From positions 224,001-288,000 of the forward strand of contig CAWVRN010000002.1 of assembly GCA_963932905.1 (NCBI GenBank): a DNA stretch of 64,000 nt, written 5' to 3'. This document shows positions 47,870 to 58,184 of the stretch, piece after piece (position 1 is the first letter of the stretch; every line of letters begins with the position of its first letter). The translations under genes and the position numbers were made by a program. Source of the DNA: an uncultured Bdellovibrio sp. (GTDB taxonomy: Bacteria > Bdellovibrionota > Bdellovibrionia > Bdellovibrionales > Bdellovibrionaceae). Below the pieces are notes generated by a model that worked only from the letters and a program-made list of their open reading frames with translations, ran no database searches and was not told the origin of the DNA.

Positions 47870-48376
47870 ATGGGAAAAGTCATTGACATCGTAGATCGCA
47901 TTAAGTCAACAAAACGATCGCCTACAACAGCCAAAAGCAAGGCGCCTGTCATGGATATCACAGAAGTCAGAAAAGAAATGATTAATAGCGAACGTAGAAC
48001 GGTAAAACGTACTATTTTGACTGAATTTATCGGCGCTTTCGTTATTCTTCCAGATCAAGGATTGTTAAAAGTTTCAGTATACGACATTTCAGACAACGGT
48101 ATCGCGTTTGATATCGATACTGAAAAGCCTATTTTCAGAGAAAATGAAGAAGTCGCAATGCGAGTTTATTTAAACTATAAAACTTATTTTGGTTTTGTAG
48201 TGAAAGTTCAAAATTCACGCTTTGTTCCGAGTGAAGGTGTTGTTCGTCACGGAACTCATTTCATGAAAGGCACGTTGAATGACGTTGCACTACATCATTT
48301 CGTAAAATTCATCGAAACCGTAAGCGCAAGTTTAAAAACTGACGACGGTGACATTCAAGTTTCAAATATATCTTGA
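47870..48376 (+). CDS. PilZ-domain protein
   Basis: ERRTVKR and DISDNG; GGGG SD before ATG 47870. Confidence 0.8.
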   Translation: MGKVIDIVDRIKSTKRSPTTAKSKAPVMDITEVRKEMINSERRTVKRTILTEFIGAFVILPDQGLLKVSVYDISDNGIAFDIDTEKPIFRENEEVAMRVYLNYKTYFGFVVKVQNSRFVPSEGVVRHGTHFMKGTLNDVALHHFVKFIETVSASLKTDDGDIQVSNIS

Positions 48377-48443
48377 TCTGCAACCTTCTTAAGATGATCC
48401 TATGAACAGCAGTCGTTGTTCTTAGGATTAATCTGCAGAGGGG

Positions 48444-49808
48444 TTGTACAAATTGAGCAAAAATAATAACAGCAATAACAATAGTTCAAATCCAAAAAAG
48501 AAAAAAATCGTAGTCGATACGAACGTGATTCTTTTCGATTCTCAAGCTCTAACTAAGTTTGGTGAAGCCGATATTCACATTCCTATGTCGGTTATTGAAG
48601 AGATCGATCGTTTTAAACGTGATCAAGGTGAAAACGGGCGAAATGCACGTCAATTCAGCCGCTTCATCGACGTTCTAAGAGAAAAAGGTTCATTATCTCA
48701 AGGTGTTCAAATTGATGGTCATGGCGAAACATTTGTTTACGTTAGCACAGATTTGATGGCTCATGGCCTGAACGCAGAATTAAACCAAGAAAAAGCAGAC
48801 AACAGAATTTTGATGACAGCGATTGGCTTACAAAAGCAACATCCTCGTCACAAAGTTGAATTAATCACCAAAGATATTAATCTTCGTATCAAAGCCGACG
48901 TTTACGGTATCATCGCCAAAGATTACGAGCCGACAAACGCGGACGTCGCTGATCTATACGAAGGTTACCAAGAGATCGAATTGACATCGGAACAAATCGA
49001 TCAATTCTATCGCGACAAAAAATTCACGCCGGCAGCAGGGCATAAACTGATTGCGAATCAATATTTGATTATCAAAAATCCATCGAATCCAAATCATTCA
49101 GCCGTTGGACGTTATTCCGTCGCGGAACAAAAGATTGTTCCTTTATTGACTCCGTCAGACAGCATTTGGGGTATCCATGCTCGTAACGTTGAGCAGGCGT
49201 TTGCTTTAGATTGCTTGTTGAACGATGAAATTTTGTTTGTTTCCTTGGTGGGTAAGGCCGGAACGGGTAAAACATTGCTAGCGATCGCTGCCGGGCTGCA
49301 CAAGACATTAGATGAAGGCCGTTTCCAAAGATTGCTAGTGTCGCGTCCGATTTTCCCAATGGGTCGTGATATCGGTTATCTACCTGGCGATATCGAGCAA
49401 AAGCTGAATCCGTGGATGCAGCCTATATTCGATAACGTAGAGTTTTTGATGGGCGCTGATAAAAAAGCGGCGGGTCGTGCGCAAGAATTGATCAATCAGG
49501 GTATGTTAAACATCGAGCCATTAACGTATATCCGTGGTCGCAGTATTCCGAAACAATATTTGATCGTAGATGAGGCGCAAAACTTAACCCCTCACGAAAT
49601 TAAAACAATCGTGACAAGGGCCGGTCGTGGAACGAAAGTTGTCTTGACTGGAGACGTCTACCAAATCGATAATCCCTACGTCGATTCAGCAAATAGCGGT
49701 CTGACGTACGCAGCAGAACGTTTCAAAGGTCACGGTATCGCGGCCCATGTAACGTTAACTAAAGGTGAGCGTTCAGAGCTAGCTGAATTAGCAGCAAATA
49801 TTTTATAA
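48444..49808 (+). CDS. PIN-PhoH family ATPase (PhoH2/YlaK-like)
   Basis: VDTNV PIN, TKDINLR, GKAGTGKT, GYLPG, RGRSI, DEAQN; start may be TTG 48453. Confidence 0.92.
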   Translation: MYKLSKNNNSNNNSSNPKKKKIVVDTNVILFDSQALTKFGEADIHIPMSVIEEIDRFKRDQGENGRNARQFSRFIDVLREKGSLSQGVQIDGHGETFVYVSTDLMAHGLNAELNQEKADNRILMTAIGLQKQHPRHKVELITKDINLRIKADVYGIIAKDYEPTNADVADLYEGYQEIELTSEQIDQFYRDKKFTPAAGHKLIANQYLIIKNPSNPNHSAVGRYSVAEQKIVPLLTPSDSIWGIHARNVEQAFALDCLLNDEILFVSLVGKAGTGKTLLAIAAGLHKTLDEGRFQRLLVSRPIFPMGRDIGYLPGDIEQKLNPWMQPIFDNVEFLMGADKKAAGRAQELINQGMLNIEPLTYIRGRSIPKQYLIVDEAQNLTPHEIKTIVTRAGRGTKVVLTGDVYQIDNPYVDSANSGLTYAAERFKGHGIAAHVTLTKGERSELAELAANIL

Positions 49809-49825
49809 TAAAATCGGGATTTGAA

Positions 49826-50242
49826 ATGGGTCATAATATTCAGTTTGATAAAGGTTATACATTCAACTTGTCAGTCCAAGTGACTGACGAGATGGTCAGA
49901 AAATTCGCCGACATGTGCGGTGACTATAATCCTATCCATCTGGATGATGAGTACGCCAAAGGCACTCGTTTCAAACAAAGAATCGCTCACGGTATGATCG
50001 TGGGCGCTTTATTTTCTAGAGCTTTAAACGATTGCATGGGCGCAGGCGGAATTTACTTAAGCCAAACCATGAAGTTCCTGCAGCCGGTTTTAATCAACGA
50101 CACGATTCACATGGAATTTCTAGTCACAGCAATGCGCAAAGAAAAAGGTATCGCAACGGTAGAAACTCTAGCTAAAAAAGCGAACGGTGAATTGTACGTT
50201 AAAGGTGAGGCTATCGTAATGGTTTCATCCGCCGTTAGCTAA
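49826..50242 (+). CDS. MaoC-family (R)-specific enoyl-CoA hydratase
   Basis: GDYNPIH, IAHGM. Confidence 0.9.
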   Translation: MGHNIQFDKGYTFNLSVQVTDEMVRKFADMCGDYNPIHLDDEYAKGTRFKQRIAHGMIVGALFSRALNDCMGAGGIYLSQTMKFLQPVLINDTIHMEFLVTAMRKEKGIATVETLAKKANGELYVKGEAIVMVSSAVS

Positions 50243-50301
50243 ATGACACTACAGAAATGTGATTCAATCTATTTTCGTTAAATATACGCGATTCTGAGAT
50301 T

Positions 50302-51651
50302 TCATTTTTTGTGAAGCTGCCCAATGATTTTTTGTCGATAGGAAAAAATGGCTTCCACATCTTTTCGTATAAAGGGTGTCAGCAACCACTTGCCAATGAT
50401 CGAACCCGGTACCCGAAACGTAACGTCATCACGTATCAAAGTTCCCCCTGCAACGTCGTGAAAAGAGTGTACGTGATACCATTTGGTATAGGGGCCTTTT
50501 AGTTGTTCATCCACAAATAGTTCGTCAGGTTGCCACTTTGAAATTCGGGTGCGCCATTTTACTGGGATGCCGTGAATCTTAAGTTTGTAATCGATCAAGA
50601 TATTTTCTGCGATTTTGTCTGCCGATTTATGAGTTATTTTAAAATTCAGCCAAGGCGGTGTGATTTGCTCTAAGTTTTCGGCCAAGCTAAAAAAGTGAAA
50701 TACTTTGTCTTTTGGAAGTGGAATAAATTGGTCGGCGTTGTGGTAGTTATCTAAAAAATTATCATTTCCATATATATTGTCTAGAGCGCCCTGAAAGCTA
50801 TTAAATTCAAAATTAAAACCGGTACGAAGTAAGCGATTAGCCAGAACCCTTTGACTGGCTATTACAACCGAAGCCATTTCTCCTAAAACTAGTTTCAATA
50901 TTTTTTCAGGAGTTCGCATGACAAAGGGGAATCCCATTTTTTTTGAATACACTCGGGTAAGATCAGAATTTTTAATTGGTTCTGGGCTGGTTAAATTATA
51001 TGGGCCCTTGAAACTAGGATTGCTGATGGCTTCATTTACAAACCGCACGACATCAGAAATGTGGACCCAGCTTATCCACTGATTTCCATTGCCTAGAATT
51101 ACAGGAGCCATTTTGCGAAGAAAGCCCCCGTTCTTAGATAGAATAATTCCAAGACGCATATTTACGACACGTACATTATAGTGCTCTTCAATTTTTGTGG
51201 TTTCTTCCCACTCGGTACAAAGTTCAGCTAAAAAACCTTTACCAGCGGGCCAGGATTCGTCAAAAATTTTTCCAGCATCTTCGCCGTATATTCCTATTGC
51301 GGAGGCAGAAATAAATACTTTAGGGCGGTGTGATTCCGGAATAGACGTGATGCTTTTCACCAAATTGCGAGTTGTGTCTAGCCTTGAGCTACGCAGTTGT
51401 TTTTTGCGTTTTGTGGTCCAAGGCTTGTCGGCGATGCCTTCGCCCGCCAAGTTAATCACTACGTCTTTGCCGCTGATGGCATTTGTGGTCAGGGAAGTAT
51501 CTTTATCCCAGAGGTAAACATTGTTTGGGTTCAGTCCCACGACTTTTTGGGGATTTCTTACCAATGCGAAAACTTCATGCCCTTGGATCTGTAATTCAGT
51601 GACCAAGGCTTTTCCTACTAATCCACTAGCGGCAGTGATTAGGATCTTCAC
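50302..51651 (-). CDS. TIGR01777-family NAD-dependent epimerase fused to SRPBCC domain
   Basis: TAASGLVG, NLAGE, SASAIGIYG, WVHISD; C-terminal NLEQITPP, FVDEQLKGPY..WYHVH. Confidence 0.88.
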   Translation of the reverse strand: MKILITAASGLVGKALVTELQIQGHEVFALVRNPQKVVGLNPNNVYLWDKDTSLTTNAISGKDVVINLAGEGIADKPWTTKRKKQLRSSRLDTTRNLVKSITSIPESHRPKVFISASAIGIYGEDAGKIFDESWPAGKGFLAELCTEWEETTKIEEHYNVRVVNMRLGIILSKNGGFLRKMAPVILGNGNQWISWVHISDVVRFVNEAISNPSFKGPYNLTSPEPIKNSDLTRVYSKKMGFPFVMRTPEKILKLVLGEMASVVIASQRVLANRLLRTGFNFEFNSFQGALDNIYGNDNFLDNYHNADQFIPLPKDKVFHFFSLAENLEQITPPWLNFKITHKSADKIAENILIDYKLKIHGIPVKWRTRISKWQPDELFVDEQLKGPYTKWYHVHSFHDVAGGTLIRDDVTFRVPGSIIGKWLLTPFIRKDVEAIFSYRQKIIGQLHKK

Positions 51652-52169
51652 AGCGCACTCGGTTGTTTGTCGTAAATTAAATCACTTATATTAAAACCTC
51701 GCGTTTTTAAATTTTCTAAAATCATTTCGAGTGTTGAATTATCCATCTGGGCTGTTCTTGATAAGATAAACAGTGATTTCATATTTGGTCCACTGACGAC
51801 TGCCCATTGATAGTTCTCGTCTAGATCGACGATCCAATAGTCACCTTTTCTAAAAAATCCAAAATCCACTTGTAATTTCGCTGGCGCAAGACTGTCTTTT
51901 GCTGCGGCGGTACCGGAAATAGAAGTGATTTGTTTTTCGCCTTTGTAGCATCGATTTAAGACACTGACTTTACCACTTTCTAGCAGTTGGTATTCTGCTG
52001 TCGACCATTCGCATAGATTTTGGAAAAAATTGGGTTTGTGCGCGATTTCATACCATTTTCCCATATATCTATTTAAGTCTATGTTTTTAATGACTTCGGG
52101 ATCGCGCCCCTCTTTGGACCAACTTAAAGATCCGCATAGAAACATCAGAAGGAATATAAGTAGTCTCAT
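51648..52169 (-). CDS. Bacterial lipocalin (Blc-like)
   Basis: DLNRYMGKWYEIA, GDYWIVDLD, ILSR; start ATG 52169 with GGAG SD. Confidence 0.9.
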   Translation of the reverse strand: MRLLIFLLMFLCGSLSWSKEGRDPEVIKNIDLNRYMGKWYEIAHKPNFFQNLCEWSTAEYQLLESGKVSVLNRCYKGEKQITSISGTAAAKDSLAPAKLQVDFGFFRKGDYWIVDLDENYQWAVVSGPNMKSLFILSRTAQMDNSTLEMILENLKTRGFNISDLIYDKQPSAL

Positions 52170-52206
52170 TTTGAACTCCAGGTTAGATTTAATTTCCTTT
52201 GATTGT

Positions 52207-52252
52207 TGCACAATAGATGTATAATGTAAATACTGTGCATATATTGTGCAGT
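52207..52252. promoter_or_regulatory. Putative CarH/LitR-type operator in the divergent promoter
   Basis: TGCACA (52207) and TGTATA (52218) 11 bp apart; TGTGCA at 52234 and 52245, 11 bp apart; TGCACAATA/TATTGTGCA inverted repeat. Confidence 0.6.
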
Positions 52253-52269
52253 ATAAAAGTAGGGTAAAT

Positions 52270-53220
52270 ATGCAGAATATGAATATCAAAGTCGTCGTCC
52301 AAATCACGGGAATAAATGAAAATACCCTAAGGGCCTGGGAACGACGCTACAAAGTTATAGAACCGGAACGGGGCGCTGACGGGCGACGTTTATACTCTAA
52401 AAAGGACGTCGAGAAAATAGCTCTACTATGGAAGTTGGTAAAAAAAGGGTACTTAATAGGTACATTAGCTAACATGTCCAACCAGCAGCTGAAAAAAATG
52501 GAAATGGAAGGTTCCGAGATTGAACTCTCTGCCGAGTCATCCAATGTTTTGAACGATACCCAAGTTGAAAAAGAACAAGTGCACCTGAATACCATTATTG
52601 ATTCGTTGAAAAAATTCAATTTGGATTCGATTCAACAAAGCCTTCAACGGGCACGATTTGAATTGAGCCCTCAAACGATCATCAGTGATCTTATTCTACC
52701 TTTATTGCGAGAGGTAGGAATTAGAGTGGCCGAGGGGACACTCAGTATTTCCCAGGAACATCTGCTGTCCAGTTTGCTGCGTGATCATTTAGGAAATTTG
52801 TATCAATCTCTCTCTCCTTACGATTACAAAAAGAAAATAAATTCAGAAAAAGTTTTGCTGACGACGCGTGAAGGAGATCTTCACGAATTTAGCATTTTGC
52901 TTGCGGCCATATTATGCCGTATCCATGGATACGAAACTTATTATTTGGGGCCCAACATGCCAGTCAAAGATTTGGCTCAGGCTTGCCAGCAATTCAAAAT
53001 AGACATTTTGATTTTAGGACTGGCCAGTTTACCAGTTAAAAATGAAATGATCACAGCAAGTGATTTTATTAGTGAACTAGATCAATTAGCTCCTAAAAGA
53101 ATTCAGTTTCTATCTGGCGGTGCCGCAAAAGTTTCAAGCGGAGCCATTAAATCCGGTAGAAAATATTTAAATTTCTCTTCGATTCGGGATTTAGAATCAT
53201 TTCTGTCGAGCGCGACATGA
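52270..53220 (+). CDS. MerR-family regulator with cobalamin-binding domains (CarH/LitR-like)
   Basis: TLRAWERRY..P.R...GRRLY HTH; SISQEH; GDLHEFS; YLGPNMP. Confidence 0.88.
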   Translation: MQNMNIKVVVQITGINENTLRAWERRYKVIEPERGADGRRLYSKKDVEKIALLWKLVKKGYLIGTLANMSNQQLKKMEMEGSEIELSAESSNVLNDTQVEKEQVHLNTIIDSLKKFNLDSIQQSLQRARFELSPQTIISDLILPLLREVGIRVAEGTLSISQEHLLSSLLRDHLGNLYQSLSPYDYKKKINSEKVLLTTREGDLHEFSILLAAILCRIHGYETYYLGPNMPVKDLAQACQQFKIDILILGLASLPVKNEMITASDFISELDQLAPKRIQFLSGGAAKVSSGAIKSGRKYLNFSSIRDLESFLSSAT

Positions 53221-53230
53221 AGGGGGCATT

Positions 53231-54481
53231 GTGAAAATAGCAGTTGTCGGCAGTGGAATTAGCGGCTTGGCTTCAGCTCTGATATTGTCCACCAAGCATG
53301 AAGTTTCTTTGTTCGAGGCGGAAGGACGCCTGGGAGGCCATGCGCATACTGTTAAGATAACAAATGAAGCCGATAAAGGTCTTGCGGTCGACACAGGATT
53401 TCTGGTTTACAATACAATCACTTACCCACATTTTACCAAATTCTTAAAGTATCTGGATGTGAAAACAGTGGAATCAGATATGAGTTTAGCAATTCAGACA
53501 AAACACGGCCTTGAATGGGCGGGCACCAATTTATTTACAGTTTTTGCGCAAAAGAAAAATATTTTTAATTTCAAGTTTCTATTGATGCTTAAAGAAATTG
53601 TTTCTTTTAATGACCAAGCAGAGGAAAACCTAGTTTTATCGCGAGAAAGAAAATGGACACTGTCTGAACTCGTTAGTTACAGAAAACTAAGTGATAAATT
53701 TTTAAAATGGTATTTGTTGCCGATGACCGGTGCTATTTGGTCCATGTCTTATGCCCAGGCGTTGCAGTTTCCGGCAGAGACTTTTCTGACTTTTTGTATT
53801 AATCACCATTTGCTGCAAGTTAATGGTAGACCCGTATGGAGGACAATTGAAAATGGGTCTGTCAATTATGTAGATAAAGTTAGCGCTAAATTGAAATCGG
53901 TTTTTCTAAACTCGCCTATTGAATCGATAGAGCAAGAAAATGGAATGCTTGTGCTATCGACTCAGGGAAAGAAATATCAGTTTGATAAAATTGTTCTTGC
54001 GACTCATGCCCCAACGTCCTGGTCATTGGTGAGAACGGTTTGTCCTGAAATGGCCAGTTTACTGCAGCCTTTACGAACTAACCCAAATAAAGTGGAACTG
54101 CACAGAGACAGTAAAGTGATGCCTATAAATCGGCAATGTTGGTCTTCTTGGAATGTATGCTCCCAAGATAAAGTAAACGACGAAACTAGTATTCGACTGA
54201 CTTATTACCTAAACAAATTGCAACCTCTAAAGACACATCATGATTACTTTATAACTTTAAATAATCCGGCTCCCGTTGACGGTGTGGAGCAAGTCTTTAC
54301 TTATCATCATCCACAGATGGATTTTGCAACTATTGCTGTCCAAAATAAACTATCAGAGTTTCAGGGAAGAAAGGGAATTTATCTTGCCGGAGCTTGGACC
54401 CGGTACGGGTTTCATGAGGACGGCATTTTAAGCGCTGTGAATGTGGGGCAGCTTTTAGGCTGTAAAGAACCATGGAGTTAA
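53231..54481 (+). CDS. FAD-dependent amine-oxidase-like protein (UfaD-like fatty acid desaturase)
   Basis: GSGISGL, LGGHAHT, VDTGFLVYN, WSSWN, YHHP, GFHEDG. Confidence 0.85.
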   Translation: MKIAVVGSGISGLASALILSTKHEVSLFEAEGRLGGHAHTVKITNEADKGLAVDTGFLVYNTITYPHFTKFLKYLDVKTVESDMSLAIQTKHGLEWAGTNLFTVFAQKKNIFNFKFLLMLKEIVSFNDQAEENLVLSRERKWTLSELVSYRKLSDKFLKWYLLPMTGAIWSMSYAQALQFPAETFLTFCINHHLLQVNGRPVWRTIENGSVNYVDKVSAKLKSVFLNSPIESIEQENGMLVLSTQGKKYQFDKIVLATHAPTSWSLVRTVCPEMASLLQPLRTNPNKVELHRDSKVMPINRQCWSSWNVCSQDKVNDETSIRLTYYLNKLQPLKTHHDYFITLNNPAPVDGVEQVFTYHHPQMDFATIAVQNKLSEFQGRKGIYLAGAWTRYGFHEDGILSAVNVGQLLGCKEPWS

Positions 54482-55251
54482 ATAAATACTTTTTATCACC
54501 GGATGCTCAAGTATTGATTGGCGAAGGGTGGGTCTATCACGGAAGGCCTGCCGATACTGCTATGGGAAAACCAGGGAATCATTTCAAATATTCTCTGTTT
54601 AATCTATTGATCCCACTTCATCAAAAGAACGCACTTTCTAGCTTGAAACGATTTTCGTTTCTGTCATTGAAAACAAGCGACTATTTATCAGGAAGCGACG
54701 GTGATTTATTCACCAATGCCAAAGAATTCATTCAGCAAAATTTGGGATTTGCTCCCGACGTAATTTGGTTGCAAACGTTGCCTAAAATTTTGGGATATTC
54801 ATTTAATCCGATCAGTTTTTGGTTTTGTTATTCAAGTAATAGACTTGACGGCATTCTATGTGAGGTTAACAACACATTCGGTGATCGCCACTTCTACTTC
54901 GTTAAAAGCCTTGATGGTTTGCTGCAAGAAACCCATATGCTGCCAAAACAGTTTCATGTTTCTCCGTTTTTTCCCATTTCGGGCTCTTATACGTTTGAGT
55001 TTTCTTTAGAAGCAATGGTTTCTGATATTAAAATCACTCTTAAAGATATAGGCAAAATCAAACTTGATACAAGGCTATTCCTAAATTTGGAAATCTTGTC
55101 AAATAAACAACCATGGGAGATTTTTAAAAAATATAAATGGCTTACGGTCGCCGTAATTTTTCGTATCCATTTTCAAGCGTTCAGACTTTGGCTGAAAGGA
55201 ATAAATTTTTATCGGCGTCCAAGTCCTCCGGAGGAAAGGTTTACTTTATGA
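54472..55251 (+). CDS. DUF1365 family protein (UfaO-like)
   Basis: FNPISFW, EVNNTFGDRH, FHVSPF, IHFQAFRLWLKG. Confidence 0.88.
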   Translation: MELNKYFLSPDAQVLIGEGWVYHGRPADTAMGKPGNHFKYSLFNLLIPLHQKNALSSLKRFSFLSLKTSDYLSGSDGDLFTNAKEFIQQNLGFAPDVIWLQTLPKILGYSFNPISFWFCYSSNRLDGILCEVNNTFGDRHFYFVKSLDGLLQETHMLPKQFHVSPFFPISGSYTFEFSLEAMVSDIKITLKDIGKIKLDTRLFLNLEILSNKQPWEIFKKYKWLTVAVIFRIHFQAFRLWLKGINFYRRPSPPEERFTL

Positions 55252-56429
55252 TTAACACGTCTTATTCAACGCGACTCATTTTCAACGCGCTAGAAAAAAC
55301 ACACTCTGGGAGTGTAAAAATTAGAATTGAAGGACAAAGGGAAGAAGTCTTTGGAGAGGGCCCTGTTGTCGCGGAAGTTTTTGTTAAAAGTCCTAAAATA
55401 TTTCGCGATATTGCATTAGGCGGTGATATTGCTTTAGCGGAGGCCATTATTGCTGGAAATTTAAAAATTTCCGATGAACCGGCATTTATCGAGTGGGCTT
55501 GTCGTAATGACGAAAATTTGAAACGAGCCATACATGGAACTTTTATGGGTACTTTGTTTTCGCGGATTAAATCCTTTTTGCGCCCGAATACAATTGAGGG
55601 CGCCAAGAAGAATATTATGGCCCACTATGATTTGGGAAATAAATTCTACCAAAGCTGGCTAGATCCATCTATGAGCTACTCATCTGCCCTGTTTTACAAT
55701 CCAGAATTCAAAGAAGATTTTACTCAGGCCCAGATGAATAAATATGACCGAATCATTGATGAGTTAGAAATCAAGCCCGGTGATCACGTTCTTGAAATCG
55801 GGTGCGGATGGGGCGGATTTTTTTCCAGAGCTATTGAACGCACCGGATGTAAGGTCACTGCGGTTATGAATTCGCCCGCTCAGGCCAGTTTTAACCGTGA
55901 ACTCATTGCTAGGAAACATTTAGAAAATCACGTTAATTTAAAGCAAATAGATTATCGCGAAATCAGTGGTACATACGATAAAGTCGTATCCATCGAAATG
56001 ATCGAAGCCGTCGGCTACCAGTTTTGGCCGACGTACTTTAGCAAGGTTTCAGAATCGTTAAAAACCAAAGGTAAAGCCCTTATTCAATCTATCACGATAA
56101 AAGAAGATCGGTTCGACGAATACAGGAAAAATCCAGATTTTATCAATACCTATATTTTCCCTGGTGGTATGCTATTAACAAACGAGGCTGTAAGATCTAA
56201 CGCAGAAGCGCGTGATTTGATGGGAGCCACGCCATTTGAATTTGGTTTGAGCTATGCAGAAACTTTAAAACGCTGGCGCGATCGTTTTCGAAATTCATTT
56301 AAGAATCAGCTATTGCCTGAATTTGACGAAAAATTCTTTCGACTGTGGCACTTTTATTTGTCTTATTGTGAAGGTGCATTCAACGCTAACCGTATTAATG
56401 TTGCTCACTTTTCATTGGAGAAAAAATAA
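55248..56429 (+). CDS. Cyclopropane-fatty-acyl-phospholipid synthase family SAM methyltransferase (UfaM-like)
   Basis: HYDLGN, LEIGCGWGG, SIEMIEAVG, YIFPGG, YLSYCE; ATGA overlap at 55248. Confidence 0.9.
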   Translation: MINTSYSTRLIFNALEKTHSGSVKIRIEGQREEVFGEGPVVAEVFVKSPKIFRDIALGGDIALAEAIIAGNLKISDEPAFIEWACRNDENLKRAIHGTFMGTLFSRIKSFLRPNTIEGAKKNIMAHYDLGNKFYQSWLDPSMSYSSALFYNPEFKEDFTQAQMNKYDRIIDELEIKPGDHVLEIGCGWGGFFSRAIERTGCKVTAVMNSPAQASFNRELIARKHLENHVNLKQIDYREISGTYDKVVSIEMIEAVGYQFWPTYFSKVSESLKTKGKALIQSITIKEDRFDEYRKNPDFINTYIFPGGMLLTNEAVRSNAEARDLMGATPFEFGLSYAETLKRWRDRFRNSFKNQLLPEFDEKFFRLWHFYLSYCEGAFNANRINVAHFSLEKK

Positions 56430-56971
56430 TGCATAAATCAATTCATTCCGGTTTTAAAATTCTATTTTTGATTTTTTCAATTGTCTTGTCGTCGTGCTCA
56501 AGCATTACAGTCGATGCTTATAAAGGCCAAACTCCGGCATTTAACTTTGAAGAATTTTTTTCAGGAAATTTGGAGGCCAACGGTGTTTTCCAAGATAGGT
56601 CAGGTAAAGTCATTAAACAAATCCATTGCAAAATGAGAACAGAAAAAAAAGGTGATGATATCCTGATCCACGAAGACTTTGTATATTCCGATGGGATCAA
56701 AGAAAATAGAACTTGGATTATATCAAAAGGGAAAGACGGAAATTTGGTCGGTAGAGCTGGCGATGTTCTGGGCGACGCCAAAATTTCCACATCTGGTTTT
56801 GCATTTAATATGAACTATGTCCTTAGATTGAAAGTTGGGGACGATACAATCGATGTGAAAATGGATGATTGGATGTATCGAGTGAATGAAAAGCTCGTGA
56901 TTAACAAAACTAAAATGTCAAAATGGGGCTTTCACCTGGGCGATGTCTCTTTAGTCATCGAGAAAAAATGA
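56429..56971 (+). CDS. DUF3833 family lipoprotein
   Basis: Lipobox LSS-C; FFSG..A.GVFQDR, EDFVYSDG, MDDWMY. Confidence 0.85.
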   Translation: MHKSIHSGFKILFLIFSIVLSSCSSITVDAYKGQTPAFNFEEFFSGNLEANGVFQDRSGKVIKQIHCKMRTEKKGDDILIHEDFVYSDGIKENRTWIISKGKDGNLVGRAGDVLGDAKISTSGFAFNMNYVLRLKVGDDTIDVKMDDWMYRVNEKLVINKTKMSKWGFHLGDVSLVIEKK

Positions 56972-57675
56972 AATTTGTAGTTTTTTATTTTTTAATTGTT
57001 ACTGTTGCGGTAGCTGAAGTGTTGGTGGGCAAAGCAACTAATGATCAGGGTGAATTTGTATACACCGAAGAACATGTTGTAGATCGCGACGACCAAGGTC
57101 GCGCCAAACATATTGTCACGACCTATTTCGATCCCAATGGAAGAAAAATTGCACAGATGGACTCGGATTTTGAAGGCAAGCTTTCAGCTCCCAATTCAAA
57201 ATTCGAAGATTTCAGATTTGATCGAGTGTTTGAAGGGAAACATTTGAAAATTGACAACAAAGACGTTTATCAAATAGCCGAGTTTAACTCCAAGAAAAAG
57301 GTAAAAACAACAGATCTTGAATTCAAGACTGATTTGGTTTCGGGGCCAGGATTTGATAACTATATAAAAGAAAATTTAATTCGCAAAAAGGTCTCCAAAA
57401 GTTCAGTGCATTTTTTAGTTTTGCCTCGGCACGACTATTATCGATTTGAAGTTATCGCAAAAGGCACTAGTTCTGATTCAAATCAGGAATATGTGATCAA
57501 ACCGTCTCTTGTTTTAAGCTTGTTTGTTAAAGAAATCAGAATTTATTATGACGAAAAATCGGGACTTTTAAAACGATACGTAGGGCTATCTAATCTACCG
57601 TCGGCGCTGGATAAACCACAGTCAGTGACGATTGAATACCAAACTAAAGCTTCTCCAAAGTCGGAATCGTTGTGA
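56968..57675 (+). CDS. Secreted hypothetical protein
   Basis: Start MKFVVFY (ATGA overlap), signal peptide, GFDNYI and Y.GLSNL motifs. Confidence 0.65.
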   Translation: MKFVVFYFLIVTVAVAEVLVGKATNDQGEFVYTEEHVVDRDDQGRAKHIVTTYFDPNGRKIAQMDSDFEGKLSAPNSKFEDFRFDRVFEGKHLKIDNKDVYQIAEFNSKKKVKTTDLEFKTDLVSGPGFDNYIKENLIRKKVSKSSVHFLVLPRHDYYRFEVIAKGTSSDSNQEYVIKPSLVLSLFVKEIRIYYDEKSGLLKRYVGLSNLPSALDKPQSVTIEYQTKASPKSESL

Positions 57676-58184
57676 TATCGAATAGGTTGGTTCGTTTCAT
57701 TCAGTTTAATCTACTTTGGTTTTTGACGGCTTTTTTGGCGAAAACAGAATATATTAATTTTTTACTTATATTCTTTTTGGCTCTGCTTTTTTGGGATTTG
57801 CGGTTATCCAATACCAAACAAAGACTGATGGCCGTATTTGTGGTGGTAGTTGGTTTAGGATTTGATTTTGTTTGTCAGCGGCTGGGAGTTATCCGTTTTA
57901 TTGGTGGTGAAGGCCTTTTTTTACCTAGATGGTTAATTGCACTCTGGATATTGTTTGCATGGGTCGTTCCTTCTTTAATTATCCAATTTAAAGACAGACG
58001 GATTTTATTGGCTTGTTTGTCATTAGTTTTTGGTCCGCTAAGTTACTATTCAGGAGTTTCTTTTGATATCCTTAACGTTACCGATGTGTCTTTCTATTGG
58101 ATTTACGCAATCTTTTGGGGAATTTTTATCTATCTAGTTCATTTTTTAACTCACTCTAAAATCGAGGTTACTAGTGGAAATTAG
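57672..58184 (+). CDS. DUF2878 family membrane protein
   Basis: Multi-TM; PRWLIALWILF, GPLSYYSG. Confidence 0.8.
   Translation: MISNRLVRFIQFNLLWFLTAFLAKTEYINFLLIFFLALLFWDLRLSNTKQRLMAVFVVVVGLGFDFVCQRLGVIRFIGGEGLFLPRWLIALWILFAWVVPSLIIQFKDRRILLACLSLVFGPLSYYSGVSFDILNVTDVSFYWIYAIFWGIFIYLVHFLTHSKIEVTSGN

Noticed and set aside
52170..52307. Long hydrophobic N-terminal extension of the lipocalin ORF
   Set aside because: It overlaps the regulator and operator; ATG 52169 has an SD and gives a normal signal peptide
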